The translations under genes and the position numbers were made by a program. A DNA stretch of 64,000 bases from Monocercomonoides exilis PA203. Taxonomy: Eukaryota > Protista > Preaxostyla. The notes under the pieces were generated by a model that ran no database searches, was not told the origin of the DNA, and worked only from the letters and a program-made list of their open reading frames with translations. This document shows positions 23,497 to 36,528 of the stretch, piece by piece; positions within the stretch are counted from its first letter, which is position 1; the number at the start of each line of letters is the position of its first letter. Location of the stretch: NCBI GenBank assembly GCA_001643675.2, contig LSRY02000003.1:1302001-1366000 (forward strand), read 5' to 3'.

Positions 23497-26307
23497 ATGG
23501 CGCCAAATTCTACAATTCTCGTTTTGAGAGTACCATCAAGCATTTCAGAAAAAGATATTGTCCAATATATCCAAGCTCAATGCGGTGAAAACTCAATTGC
23601 TCAAATGAATCGTCTTTTACCAAAGGGCGCAAACCCATCTTCTCCTTCACATATAATCCATCAACGAATTGTTCTTAAAACTCCGGAAATGGGTATGATA
23701 TTCTTATTTTTGCATTCCAGAAAATTTGGCTTTTTTACAATGAAATGCTTTATTTTGATTTTGTTTCACCTTTCTCCTTTGTTTCTTTCATCGATTTAAT
23801 GCCCGTATTCACGCAAAAAAGCTAAAATTCTTGTTGAAAAGAAGGTTTTACCAATCAGCGGAGTCGATTTAACTGTTCAATATTTCAAAACTCAAAAAGA
23901 AATAAAAGATGAAGAAGAAGCAACTGTCGTATCAATAGAAGGTTTAGATGGAGAAAACGAGGATCAAATCAGTGAAGCGTTTTCGCGTTTTGGATCTATT
24001 GAAAAAATAGAATTGAATAAAGGAAATACTTTGTGTATGTTCAATTTCAAATGTTTTATTTGAATATTAAAATATTATTATTTTTTAAAATATCCAAATA
24101 TATTCTTATTTTGCTGAATTCTCCATCATTTAATGATATTTAGCTTTTGTAACATATCAGACTTTTGGATGTGCTGTCCGTGCACAAAAGGAACTCGACG
24201 ATAAGTTAATTGGCGAACATATTGTTAAAGTTAAATTAGTTCTTCCAGAAACCCCTTCATCATCCTCTTCTGATGCTAATGAATCTATCGATGGACCAAT
24301 TCTTGCAGCAAACAAATTGAATGTTATTATCAAGGGAACGCCATTAACAGGGATGTCCGACGGTTCTGCTCTTGAGGAAGTATGCAAGTCATTTGGTGCA
24401 TGCACGCTGATGCTGAAGGACGATGTGCAGCATCCCGACCGTCGACTGGCATTTGTGACGTTTGAGAGTGAGGAAGGAGCCTCAAAATGCATCGAGGCAA
24501 TGAATGGGAAGCCTCTTCCAGAAAGCGTTGTGTCGTTGCTGATGAAGAAGAGAGAGGAAGAGCGCGCGAAGAGAGGGGCAGGAGAGAAGACACAGGCAGA
24601 GCTGGAGGAGGAAGAGAAAATGAAGACATCTGGAATAGTTGTGGAGTACGTGAAGGAAGGGAAGAAAGCCTCACCATCTTCATCAGCTTCTTCTCCAGCA
24701 TCTTCATCATCTTCATCATCATCATCCACATCTCCCTCTGCATCTTCATCAGCAACCAGCTCAACTCTTTCTGCGAATGCGACGCCGTTTGGAGGCCCAC
24801 GTCACACAGCCTCCTCTTCATCATCGCTGTCGTCGTCACCGGCGCAGCGGACTGTTATGAACGGGCTGTTTCTGGTTGGTTTCAGCGCAGACGAGACAGA
24901 AGCGACGATCCGGCAGAAGCTGCGGCCGTATGGCAACATCGTCTCCATCCGCTTTACGGGGATGACCTCAGTTCCGTCTGAGGGGAGGCCCAGCAAGTGG
25001 CGGGCGACGGTGTTTATGGAGAACGAGAAGCAGGCAGAGGCTGTGCTGACACACGGAGTGGAGAAAGTGATTGTGACTCCGTACAAAACGATGGAGGAGA
25101 GGCAGAAGGAGAGCCAGCAGCACATGATGGAGAAGCAGGCATTGGAGTGGCAGTTCATGCAGCTTTATGCAATGATGAACCCAGCGTTTGCACAGGGACA
25201 GAGAATGATGAGAGGACCAGTTTCGTTTGCGCTTTTTTAATTATTTGCTGTCTTTTTCTGTTAATCAACAATTTTATGATTTTTATTTTTATTTTTATTT
25301 ATTTTTTTAAATATTTATTAATCATCATCTGTATACTATTCTGTCATCGAACCATCCAATTGTGCATCTTCTTCCTATCATTTCAAACAAACTCCAACAC
25401 AATTGGCAATCTCAGTGATCAGCACAGGTACTATCACTCAGGGCACTCAGGAAGCGAGATGCCCTACTCGTCTGAGATGATGGAGTCCGAGATGCAGTAC
25501 CGCAGTAGACCACAGAGAAACTCAGGCGACAACCAGTTCTTCTTTGCCCGCCAACCTGGAGCTGCTGCCTCAGCTGGCGCGCAGCAAGGAATGAACCCGA
25601 TGATGGGCTCAGCGGCGTCTCAGCAGGGAATGCCGCTTATTTCACAAGCACCTCAGCAGAGAGACGCGAGGGTGTATGGCGCAGGTGCAGGAATGAGAAG
25701 AGCAGACGGACAGGTGGCGAGATACGGCACAGGAAGGAACCAGGCGATGGCCCAGTCGCGCGGAGGGATGGGCGGAAGAGGCAGAGAGCAGATGATGATG
25801 GCACAACAACAGCAACAGCAGCAGCAGATGTCTCATCGCCAGATGGCAGCACAGCAGATGAGCTACACAGGTGCCCAGCAGGCAACAGGAATGGGAATGC
25901 GACAGATTCCCGCAGCGACTCAACAGAGTGCAACACTCATGGCACATTCAACAGCGACTGCTATTCCGACCATCACTTCAGTTCCACAGCAAAGTGTTGT
26001 TGGTCAAGGGGACATGCAGATGGCAGCAGGAGGCGTAGCAGCAGCGTCTGGCCAGACAGCAGCTGAACTCGCAGCACAAGGTGGATTTGATCTGAATACA
26101 CTGAAAGGACTGGACGAAGACGCACAGAGAGAAACTATTGGAGAGTTCATTTATTCAAAAGTTGAGCCTATTCACGGAGATTTGGCTGGAAAGATAACTG
26201 GAATGCTTTTGGAATTGGACAAAACACAACTATTTCCAATTGTGCAGAACTTAAAGCTTCTGCTTTCACATGCAGGACAAGCTGCCGTTCTACTTGGGCA
26301 AAAGTAA
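23497..26307 (+). CDS. PABP: Divergent poly(A)-binding protein (4 RRM + Q/M/G-rich linker + MLLE/PABC)
   Basis: Introns 23693-23821, 24035-24143 and ~25220-25422 (last acceptor uncertain). RRM motifs AFSRFGSIEKIE..SFVTY, LAFVTFESEEGASKCIEAMNG, GLFLVGFS..LRPYGNIVSI. C-terminal QRETIGEFIYSKV..LAGKITGMLLELD is the MLLE signature. Confidence 0.85.
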
Positions 26308-26568
26308 ATAATTTTTTTATACTTTTTTACTCGGGTATACGGATAGTATTTTTTGATGTGAATGCTGAATTGTATGAGTGTTTTCTGTCCATTTTAATCC
26401 AAGAGCAAGCACAAAACGAGAATATGCCCAACTTTTTCGAATTTTCTAGTAAATTTGTATTTTTGAGGAAAAAATTTAATAAAAGCGTTTTATTTCTGAA
26501 AAAAAATGAAAATTAATAACCCATAAGTTACTGTGGCACGTTGGAGAAAATTTTTATTTTTCGAAAAC

Positions 26569-29500
26569 ATGAGTTACGAAGATGACTTCGATGATTATGA
26601 CAACTTTGGTTCAGAAAAGCCACATTTTTCTCCTGTTTTTGAAACAGTATGATTATTATTTGAAATATTAGTGTAGAAAAGTGAATTTTTGACAATTTCT
26701 TATTTTTATGTGAACGAAAGAAGCCTGATTCATCAACAAATCCTTTTTCTTCCTCATTTGACAATAATGAAAACGATAACTCGTTAAAGATTAAGAATAC
26801 AAAGAAGACTGATTCTCCATCAAAGGATCTTACGAACAATTCTTCCATTTCTTCATTTAGTGTCGACCCGACGACCGCAGCGGTTGTTGACACATATGAA
26901 AAGACCCCAATTAGCTTATCAAATTCAGACGAGTCATTGACAGATTATGAAAATCCGAGTATTCCTCCAAAAGATGATATTTCTACAGTGAATAACAGTG
27001 AAAAACCAGTCCTCCAACACTCAAAAAGCAGCGAAATACAAAATCAACAAGAAACGCAATCTCCTATCACAAGTAAAGATAGAAACGGAAAAGTACTTCT
27101 GAAGAAATCAACGAAACCATCCATTTCATCAACAGTTTCTTTAAGCCAGAATTCCTTGCAAACTCAACCAGGAAGAGCATCTTCATTTGCATCCACAACA
27201 GCAACATTAAGTGATGATCCAGCAGAACTGAAGAAGATGATTGCATATCTTAAAAGAGAACTTGCATTTGTTAAGAAACAAAATGAAAAAGCTGGAACAG
27301 AAATGATAAAAGTGATGGAATTAGAGAATATGCTAAGGGACAAAGAACGGGAAAATGAGTGCCTTCGCGAAGATTTGCGAAGTCTACAAACAGAAACGAA
27401 GATTGTTCAAAAAGCATTGCAGCAGAAAGAAGAGGAGGAGGAAAAAGAACCGTCAGTTGTGAGAAGGCTGGCTGGAGATGTGCAAGTCTTGAAAGAACAG
27501 CTTCGAAGAGAGAAAGACGGGAAACGAGACATCGAGCAGCAGCTCAAAAACAGCGACAACAGAAACGTGAGGCTTCTGAAGGAGAAAGAGAAGATGAGCG
27601 ACCAAATCAGCAAGTTGTGTGCGAAAATGAAAGAGCTCGATTCAAACAGAGGGGAAGAGATTATCAGTGACATAATGAAAGATGAGTATGTGCCGCCACC
27701 ATCGACTGCATCAACAGCCATTGCACCAGCTGGCTCCCCTGCGAAAACGCGGTTTGCAACACAGAGCGAGGCGCAGGCAATGCAAATTGAAGAGCTGCAG
27801 GTTCGGCTGCAGAAGGTGATGAAGACGAAAGACAGCACCATAAAGACACAGCAGCGCCAAATTCATGCGCTTCAGATGCAAACAGACGAGCTGAAGCGCG
27901 AGGCGCAGCAGAAGGACGCTGCCATCAGCGCGAAGGAGAGAGAAATCAAGCTGATGACGCTGCAGCTGGTGGGGAGAAGCACACTGACGATGAGCGGAAT
28001 CAGCAGAAGAGAAGGAATGCCCTCCACAGCGATGTCATTGGGTGTTGGAATGGGAAGCGGGGGAAGTGCAGACTCAGCAGCACAAGCACAGAAAATGGGT
28101 GGTGTCAGTGCAACTGGAGGGAGATCAGCTCCTCCGCTGCAGATATCACCGCATATGAGGGTGATGTATTCGCCAAGGAAAGCGAATTCTGGGATGAGCG
28201 TTGGAGGAGATGCGATATACTCTGTTGAAAGCAGGAAAGCGATGATGCTTACTCCGCCTTTGACAGAAGACAGACTGAATCCGCATCGGCTGGCACCGAT
28301 GGAGAAAGAAAAGGGAGAGAAAGGAGAGAAAGAAAAGGGAAAAGAAACAGAGAGAAAGAAGAGAGAAAGAAAGAAAGAGAAAATGGAAGAGAGAGAAAAT
28401 GACAAAGAGAAGAGAAAGAGAAAGGAGAAAGATAGAAGAAAAGGGGGTGATGCTCATGACGAGGGAAATGAGGCTTCGCCTCCTCTTTCGCCTCCTTCGG
28501 TTGTGGTGAAACATAAAAAGAAAGCGAAGAAGGAAGGAAGAAACGAAGATGATACGGAAGAAGGAGAAGAAGAAAAAGAAGTTAGAAGTGGAAAGAGGAA
28601 CAAGAAGAGAGCAACAAAGAGAAAAAGTGAAAGAGAAGAAGATAAAGCGGACGATGAAACAGAGAGCGAAGAAGAGGAGGGAAAGAAAGAAGTTGATGAA
28701 ACTGCAAAAGGAAAGGATCAAAAAGCAAAAAGTAAAAAGAGGACAAACAGAGAGAAAAGCGAAGCGAGAAGGAAAACGAAGAAAGAAACAAAAGAAATCC
28801 CGAGAAAAAGCAAAGATGTGAAAGAAGAAGAAGAGGAATCTGAGGAAGAAGATAACGAAATTGAAGAGGCGGAAAGAAAAGCAAAAATTGAAGAAGAAAA
28901 TGCCAAAAAGCCTCGTTTCACATCACGTCCAAAGCCGAAAAAGAAAGATTTGACAATTCCATCCTCATCATCCTCCTCCTCCTCCTCTTCTTCTTCATAT
29001 TCACAACAGACAACTCGTTCTATTGCCCCAACCGAAACAGCAAGCAACGATGTTGCAGTTGTTGGTAGCGGGGAATCAGCTTGTGAAGAGGAAGAGAATG
29101 AAGAAGAAGAAGGAGATAGCGTTAAAACAAAGAAAAAGGTAAAAAAAGATATTTCCGAAAAAAGTGGAGAGAGAAAGATGAGCAAAAGAAGAAAACAGGA
29201 AGAAGGTAAAGAAGAAGCAAAGAAATTGAGGAAAAGCCATTCTTCGAGCAAAGAAAAAGAAACATTTGAAGGCAGAAATGAAGAAGAGGCGGAAGATAAA
29301 CTTGTGAATAAGGAGAAAGTTAATCTGAAATCAACAGATGAAGAAATTTCTGGAGAAGAAGCATCAAATCAAGAAAGAGAAAGAGAAAGAGAAAATGCTG
29401 AGGATAAAACCACTTCACTATCACAATCACTCGAAACTCAACTTCAGCAGAATGATTTTATGCAGAAAGAGGAAAACACAAAAACCACAACTGTTGAAGA

Positions 29501-29588
29501 TGAAGGAGGATGGGAAGGAACAGATGAAGGGAATTATGAAGTAAACGAAAATGAAGACGATGAAAATAGCTCACCGTTTCACTTTTGA
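26569..29588 (+). CDS. Coiled-coil protein with lebercilin-like domain and K/E-rich tail
   Basis: ATG 26569 (MSYEDDFDDYDNF); phase-0 intron 26647-26720 joins ORF 26937. Segment ENECLREDLRSLQTETKIVQKALQQKEEEEEKEPSVVRRLAGDVQVLKEQLRREKD resembles the lebercilin (LCA5) coiled coil as recalled; the family call is tentative. Confidence 0.65.
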
Positions 29589-29949
29589 GCAGATTTTTAT
29601 TTGACAATTCATTTAAAATATCATTTATTATAAATTTGTTTTGGAATTGATAATTAATTTTGCATTTTTTCAGATTAGCAAACTTTTTTTTATCATGATA
29701 CATTTTATCATTTCTATCTTAATTCTCTTTGCTGTCAGTCTTATGTTTGTGTAATGAATTTTACAATTCCATTTTCATTCAAAAGAGAAATAAATCATTT
29801 TTGTTTTTTTTAATTAGTATTTTTCGAATGTTCCACATGTTAAATAATTTCTATTTACACTTCATAATGTCATTTCAATTGAATGTGATATGCTGGGATG
29901 TGTGTAAGGAAGTGTGCGTTTTATGAATAAGTTAATATTTGTGGTGAAA

Positions 29950-30012
29950 GTGCGAGTGTGTGCTTGAGTGTGAGTGTGAATGTGAATGTGAGTGTAAGTG
30001 TGTATGTGTGTG
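29950..30012 (+). repeat. TG-rich degenerate microsatellite
   Basis: gtgtgtgcttgagtgtgagtgtgaatgtgaatgtgagtgtaagtgtgtatgtgtgtg. Confidence 0.7.
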
Positions 30013-30013
30013 C

Positions 30014-30078
30014 TATAGTGTGATGAATGAATGTGTAAAAAACTAAGTGCAAATTGATGAAAACACCGCGCTGATATA
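30014..30078 (+). ncRNA. Candidate box C/D snoRNA
   Basis: C box GTGATGA 30020-26, D' CTAA 30043-46, C' TTGATGA 30054-60, D CTGA 30071-74, terminal TATA/TATA stem. No target identified. Confidence 0.3.
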
Positions 30079-32161
30079 AAAGATTCAATGTGCACTGTGA
30101 TAGCAGCACGGGGTGGTGTGAATAGGGAAAAGCTTGAGTGATTTCGCTCTTCAATTGGAAAATAAATATTTAAAATAAAACGAGACATCGTTTATTTTTT
30201 GTTTATTTTATTCATTTTTTTAATTCATTTCTTTGAGTGTTTGAGAAGTTTGTTGATATTTCGAGCGATTTCTGTGGAGGATTTCAGGAAAAAGTCTTAA
30301 ATAAAGAAAGAAATTGTTGAAATAACAAACAAAAAAGAGAAGTTGGATAAGCCAGAACTGAAACAACCAGATAAATCGATGTAATTGCAGCATAATAAAA
30401 ACATGAAATGCAATCGAAATATTAATTGTGTAAAAAAAAAAAATAGAAAAGAATAATATTTTTCCGTGTGAATAAAATATTGAGTGACAATTACAACAAC
30501 TTCATAAAATAGACAAAGATTAACAACCGAGGAAAACCAATAAGACCAGGATTACATAAAGTACAAAAATCGCTCTATCGAAAACGAAACATTCAATACA
30601 ATGATGCTTATATTATATTCAAAAAATCCTTTTTGTAAGTATTTTTTTCTTTAAAAGGAAAAAAAACTTGATTATTATAAACATTTGCCCACCGAAATGT
30701 TCTTTTTAAACAGCGCTTTATTTTCCGCGTTGAACTTTTGACAAAGAAAGTCTCATAATTAAGAATTATCATAATCAACAACATAAAAGAGATTGCGAAC
30801 AGAACCGAATAAGGAGAATACAAAAGACTTGAAGACAAAATAGGAAACATGCGATAACAATAATCATCATTATCATTATTATGAAAATACGTAAGAAAGA
30901 TCGAATAGTGAAGGAAAGCTATTGAAAGTCGCTGGACAATTAAGAAAATAAAAAATATGTGAAAAACACTATTTTCCTAATGAGACTGCCAATATAAAGT
31001 GCAAAAAATTTTCCAACATAAGCGATGCAAAGAGAACATTGATAATGATCAGGGAATGAAATACACCAAATAATCTTTCCCAAAAAAATAAGATTTACAT
31101 AAAATAAAGTAAGCAAAGAAAAAAAATAAAAACACAAGGGCAGTAATGCAATACTTGGTTGATAAAGAAATAGAAAGCATTTTCGGTTCAATCAAAAATA
31201 AATAAATAAGAAATAAAAAATAAATAACGAAAAATAGTTTGAGATTATTATTATAAAAGAATACGAGATAGAAATAGTACTTTTACATATAGCGAAATAA
31301 CGCCGAGGAAATCAACAAACTCTGCAAAATATACAAAATAATGAGAGAAAAATAAAATGACTCAACCAAATATGTTACAACCAAATATTAAAAGTCAAAA
31401 AAGATTATTTGTGAAACAAAAAAAGAAGGAAAGAAAAGAAGAAGAAAATCAAATAAAAACTAACAAATGCATTTTCATAAAAAAATGCATCATTGTGTTA
31501 TGTATTCATAACAACAATGAAGAAGAAAAAGAACAAACAATTACGGTGCACAAGATAGAATGTGATTAAATAAAATAAAGCAAAATGGGGAATAAAATAA
31601 AAATCAAAAAATTTTAATAAAAAAACGTGAGAAAAATACGGATATAAATGATTAACACTTCTTTACAATTATAAAAAAGAAAAGAAAAGCAAAGAAAAGT
31701 ATCGTTGATTTTCTGACAAATAAAGCAAAAGCAGAAAAAAATCTAATTGGATAAGATTTAATGCAAAAATTGAAGCATAATATAAATTTCGTGATAATTT
31801 TTGTTAACAAAATATTCTCATTGAAATAATAACGAATTGTTAATAGGCAAAGAAAGAAAGAAAGAAAGAAGAAAGAAAGAAAAGAAGGTATGAAAACAAA
31901 GGATATAATAACATTATTTTACTTCAATTTTGAAAGAGGTTAATAATTTCTATTGAAGAAAATTGACAACAACGTCATAAATCATTCAATTCAATGAAGA
32001 AGAAAAAAGAAAAATTAGCTGTGAAAGAAGCAAAGAAACAAGATTAAACAACAAAAGATAATTGAAAAAGACACTTTGTATTACGAAATATATCTCCATT
32101 TACTTTTTTTCCTTTAAAAAAATTCAATGGAATCTATAAAAAGAAGTTATCTTCTAATTTT

Positions 32162-32193
<32 letters not shown>

Positions 32194-32436
32194 TCAAATA
32201 AGAAGCTTAAACATATTTATTTACCTCATTAAACATCTCCACTTCTCGAACAATGCAATGCCACCCTGTCAAAAACAAATCCATCATACAAACATTCACT
32301 CCCCTCATTGAAATATCCTGAAATAAGATGCAGAAATACAAAAAATACACTTTTGTGCTGTTGAATAACAATTCATTAATCGATGAAAACATCAGATTCC
32401 TTTGGAATACTTGCAATCACATGGGATCAAAGCTTA

Positions 32437-35400
32437 TTAGCATCCCTTCAATTCCTCATAGCCATATCTTTCACAATAAATTAGCATATAAATAAATGGC
32501 AGATGAAGATAACATTCAATTCAACTCTATTTAACTCTATTTAACTCTATTCCATTCTATTCTATTTAATTTTAATTTATTTTTGAAAGAATTCACAAGA
32601 ATTCCAACATATCACCTACGGAAACAGCGAAAGAGGAGGAGAATTCACCAGCCCCGGGGGATAAGAATAAGAAGGAGATGAGGTTGCTACATCATCATCA
32701 TCATCACCTGGTATAAGCAAAGTACTTGATTGTTCTGGAGACACCAACATGAAAGGAGAGGAAGGCGAATAGGAAGAAATAGGGGCAGGCAATGGAGAAG
32801 TCTGGGTTGTGCTGCCATTTGCATTCAGATGAGAAGAATGAATGGCGTTATTGTTGCTATTATTGTTATTGCTATTATTAATATTGTTGTTGTTGTTGGA
32901 TGTAGAAGAAGAAGTTGACAGTTCTGATGAAGCAGAAGAAGACAATGATAATAACAAAGACGATGATAAGGAAGAAGAAGAAGAAGAAGAAGAAGAAGAA
33001 GAAGGAAGAGGAGGAGCTAACGATAAAAATGTCCCTGATGATGTTGACGATGATGAAAATGAAAATGAGGATGATGATGTTTGTATTGCTCTTGCAGCTG
33101 ATCCATTCATCTTTGTTGACATGAGCAGACTGTGCAGTGAAAGAGGAGGAAGCTCCTGTTGAATGTTAATTCTCTCATCAACAACAGAAGAGTCAGAAGA
33201 AGAGGGAAGAGAAGAAGAAGAAATGGAAGAAGAATAAGAAGAAGAAGAAACAGAGGAAGAAGAAGATGAAGAGGAAGAAGAAGCAACAGCTCCTGAAGAA
33301 GCAAACACAGGAGAAGGGCTTTGAGCAGAAGAGACTGATTCATAAGAGCTCTGCGAAGAACGAGATTCAACAGAGTTAGCGATGAACGAGGCTGACGAAT
33401 CAGAAGAGAGAGAAGAATTGAAAGAGGAAGGAGAAGATGAAAAGGAAGAAGTGACTTCTTCAGAACTGTTTTGAAACAAGGGCCTTTGGATTGATGGATG
33501 CTCAGAGTAAGAAGAAGAGGAGGAAGAGGAGGAAGAGGAGGAAGATGATGAAGAGAGAGAAGAAGAGAGAGAAGAGGAAAGAGGAATAAGTGGCTGTGTG
33601 GATTGGGCTAGTGACAATAGAGAAGGATCAAGAAGAGAAGAGGAACGAAAAGGATGAAGGGAGGGTTGAGATGATAAGGAAGACAATAAAGAAGAAGAAG
33701 AAGAGGAGGAGGAGGAAGAAGAAGAAGAAGATGATGATGATGATGGAATAGAAGAAGAAGAATCATTAGAAGAAGTCAACGAAGACGATAATGAAGATAG
33801 GAAAGATGATGAAAGATTCTTTTCTCTTGAAGGTGACTGCAAAATGGCACGACGAGTTAAAACATCTTGTCGGATATTCTGTTTCCACTGATTGGAATGA
33901 GGATGCTGATAAAAAGTGAATGAGTTTGACCTGCTGCTGTTGTATTTTGTAGATGATGCATCAACAGGGGTGGAAGAAGGAGAGGGGAAGGGAGATGGAG
34001 AGAGCGTGTTTGAAGCACAATTAGAAGAAATATTTGAAGAAGAAGAAGAATAAGAAGAAGCAGATGACAGTGATGATGATATAGAAGAAGGATATGATGA
34101 TGAAGGATATGAAGAAGAGGAAGCAGAAGAAGAGGATGAGGAAGAAGAAGCAGTATTCAGTTTCGATGATGATGTGGAAATTGAAGGAGAAGGAGAAACA
34201 GAATTTGTTGAAAGAACATTGGCCAATCGAGGCGACTGGGAAAGAGGAGACAGTTTGTTTGATAATGCTGCTTTGCCAACAGAAGGGAGAGAAGAAAGAC
34301 GAGGAGGTGGGGGAAGATTGGTGGATTGCTCATTTCGAGGAGAGAAGGAAATAGAAGAAGAAGATGAGGAGGAGGAGGAAGAAGAAGATGAAGAAATAGA
34401 AGAAATGTTAGAAGAAGGAGAAGGAGAAGGAGAAGGAGAAGAAGAAGAAGATATAACATTCGAAGATCCATTAGAAGCAGGTGATATACGTGGAGGTGGT
34501 GGTGGCAAAGCACCGTTCTGAGCGAGCTGAGAAGAGAGTCTTATTTGCGAGGCGAGTGTGGATGAGTTGAGGAGCGCCGAAGGAGAAGCAGGAGGAGGTG
34601 GGAGAGGAAGAGGAGCCACTCCCTTTGGCAGAGGAGCCAGCGGCTGGGCGGGCAGTTTGAGGGAAGGATCAGAGAAGATGGTGTTGAGGGATGAGAGAGA
34701 AGATACAGAGGAAGAAGAAGAAGAAGAAGATGATGATGATGATGAATTATTTGAAGAAGTAGAAGAAGAAGCAGAAGAAGCAGAACGTGGATGAGAAATG
34801 GCTTTGTGTAAAGAAGGTGTTGACGAAACGGAGGAAGGTGCTGAGGAAGAAGAGGAAGAAGAGGATGAAGAGGAATACTTCCTCGAAGGTGTTTTTGATG
34901 AAGAAGAGGTACAATAAGATGCACCAGAAGATGCAGAAGAAGAAATCATTGAAGAAGAAACAACTGGAACATTGCCGGCTGATGCAGAATGCGACAGAGA
35001 AGGTGTTGTTGAATGGAGCAACGTATTCGCACAAGACGATGGCGGAGAGAAAAGAGGAGCTGTGATCGGATTCTGCAGCAGCTGCGGCTTCAGCGGAGGA
35101 GGAGGCAGCGGCGGGTGGATGAGCATGCATGTTAAGGTCTTCTGTGATTGGATTCCGTCTGATGACTGCAACCTGGGGTCTGACAATAAGCATTTTGGTG
35201 TGGGTGGCGTGGCGGCAAAGACTGGTGTTGTGATTTGAGGCAAAAAGGTAGGACGAGCTGAGATGCTTAGAGTCAGCGGCGTGGGAGTCAATGAACTGAG
35301 TTGCGGAGAGTTCACATGGACACTCGTTATGCTGCTCAAAGTAGGCTTTTGTAATCGCCTTTTGCTTTTTGGTGATGGAGATGGGCATGCTTGATAATGA

Positions 35401-36092
35401 AAAGGTGAGGTTGGCTGTGCTGGAGACTGAACAATAGGTGATGATAGAACATAGGGCGTTTTTAAATTTGATGGTGAAGAGAGTATGCATTCCATTAGAG
35501 GAATTTGCGCTCTTCGAGGTGCATTTTCAAAAAGAGGAGCCTGATCAACTGGAGGGAGATCTGAGGAAAGATGTTGAGATTGTATTCCATCCATTAAACG
35601 TAATAATTCTAATCCTGCGTGAAAAGATTGCTTTGCTAACGGAATGGAAGAAACTGATTTGAATTGCTGATTAAAGTTTGAGTCTTTTGTATTTTGCTCA
35701 TTGGAAGATGAAGGAAGCCGAAAATAACTATCTATTTTCAAAGTTTGAAAAGCAGATGATGAAGATGGTGAAGGTTGAGAATAGCCCGATAAAAAATGAT
35801 TTGGCACATTCAATTGATTATTTTGGCTTTTTCCATTTGAAAGAGGATTATGAAGGGCTGCTCGAGGAGGAGTCAACAAGCAGCTATCCCTTGATGATGG
35901 GCTTTGCTGTTTATCTTGTGATGACTCATTTTTCTGTTTGTGAGATGAATCAATATCGCAAAAATGTTTTGAAGATGTTTGAGAATTTGGACCATTCATA
36001 TTACTGTGAGAGCCGCGCACATTCGATGTGCTAGTGGCTTCGTGCTCATCCTTGAAATGCATTGCTTCTTTTTCGCTGGAAATCCCAGACAT
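32437..36092 (-). CDS. Ser/Pro-rich, largely disordered hypothetical protein
   Basis: 1167-codon ORF 32616-36119, first ATG at 36092. Probable terminal intron (GTAGGT at ~32619 to AAG at ~32468) adds YGYEELKGC*. No recognisable domain. Confidence 0.7.
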
Positions 36093-36528
36093 TTCCAACA
36101 AAAATGAAGTGAAGATCAACCCAATATAGGTATAAATTGAATCTATTTTTTGTTGGATTGACGAGAGTTTTCATATCTATATCACAATCACAATTTAGTA
36201 TTTATTCAATTAAGGTGTTATATGTTTTCCATTATGATCAATCGCTAACAGTTAAGCTATCTTCAATTTTTAAAGAAGTATTTTTTGAACATATATTTTC
36301 ATATATACTGTTGAATGCAGTGAATAATTGAGCTTACTTGACTTTCGTTATATTGTTGAACGCTTTACAATTACTAGAATTCTTATTTTTCCTGTTTTCT
36401 CGTAATTTGAGAAGATAATGTTATTTTTTTTTAATTATTTCTTTTCATCAGTTTCCATCGGCTTTAATTTTTTATTTTTATTTATATTAAAAATAAGATA
36501 TAATTAAACAATTGCACATTCATGATCA

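Noticed and set aside
30608-31569. Short hydrophobic or Lys-rich ORFs (30608, 30940, 31357)
   Set aside because: Explained by A/T-run composition; no motifs or convincing splice structure.
32842-35238. Many antisense or alternative-frame ORFs rich in Glu, Leu or Lys (also 4441-5055, 46367-48671, 52160-52414)
   Set aside because: They are shadows of (TCT/TCC/TCA)n poly-Ser or purine tracts in the real CDS.
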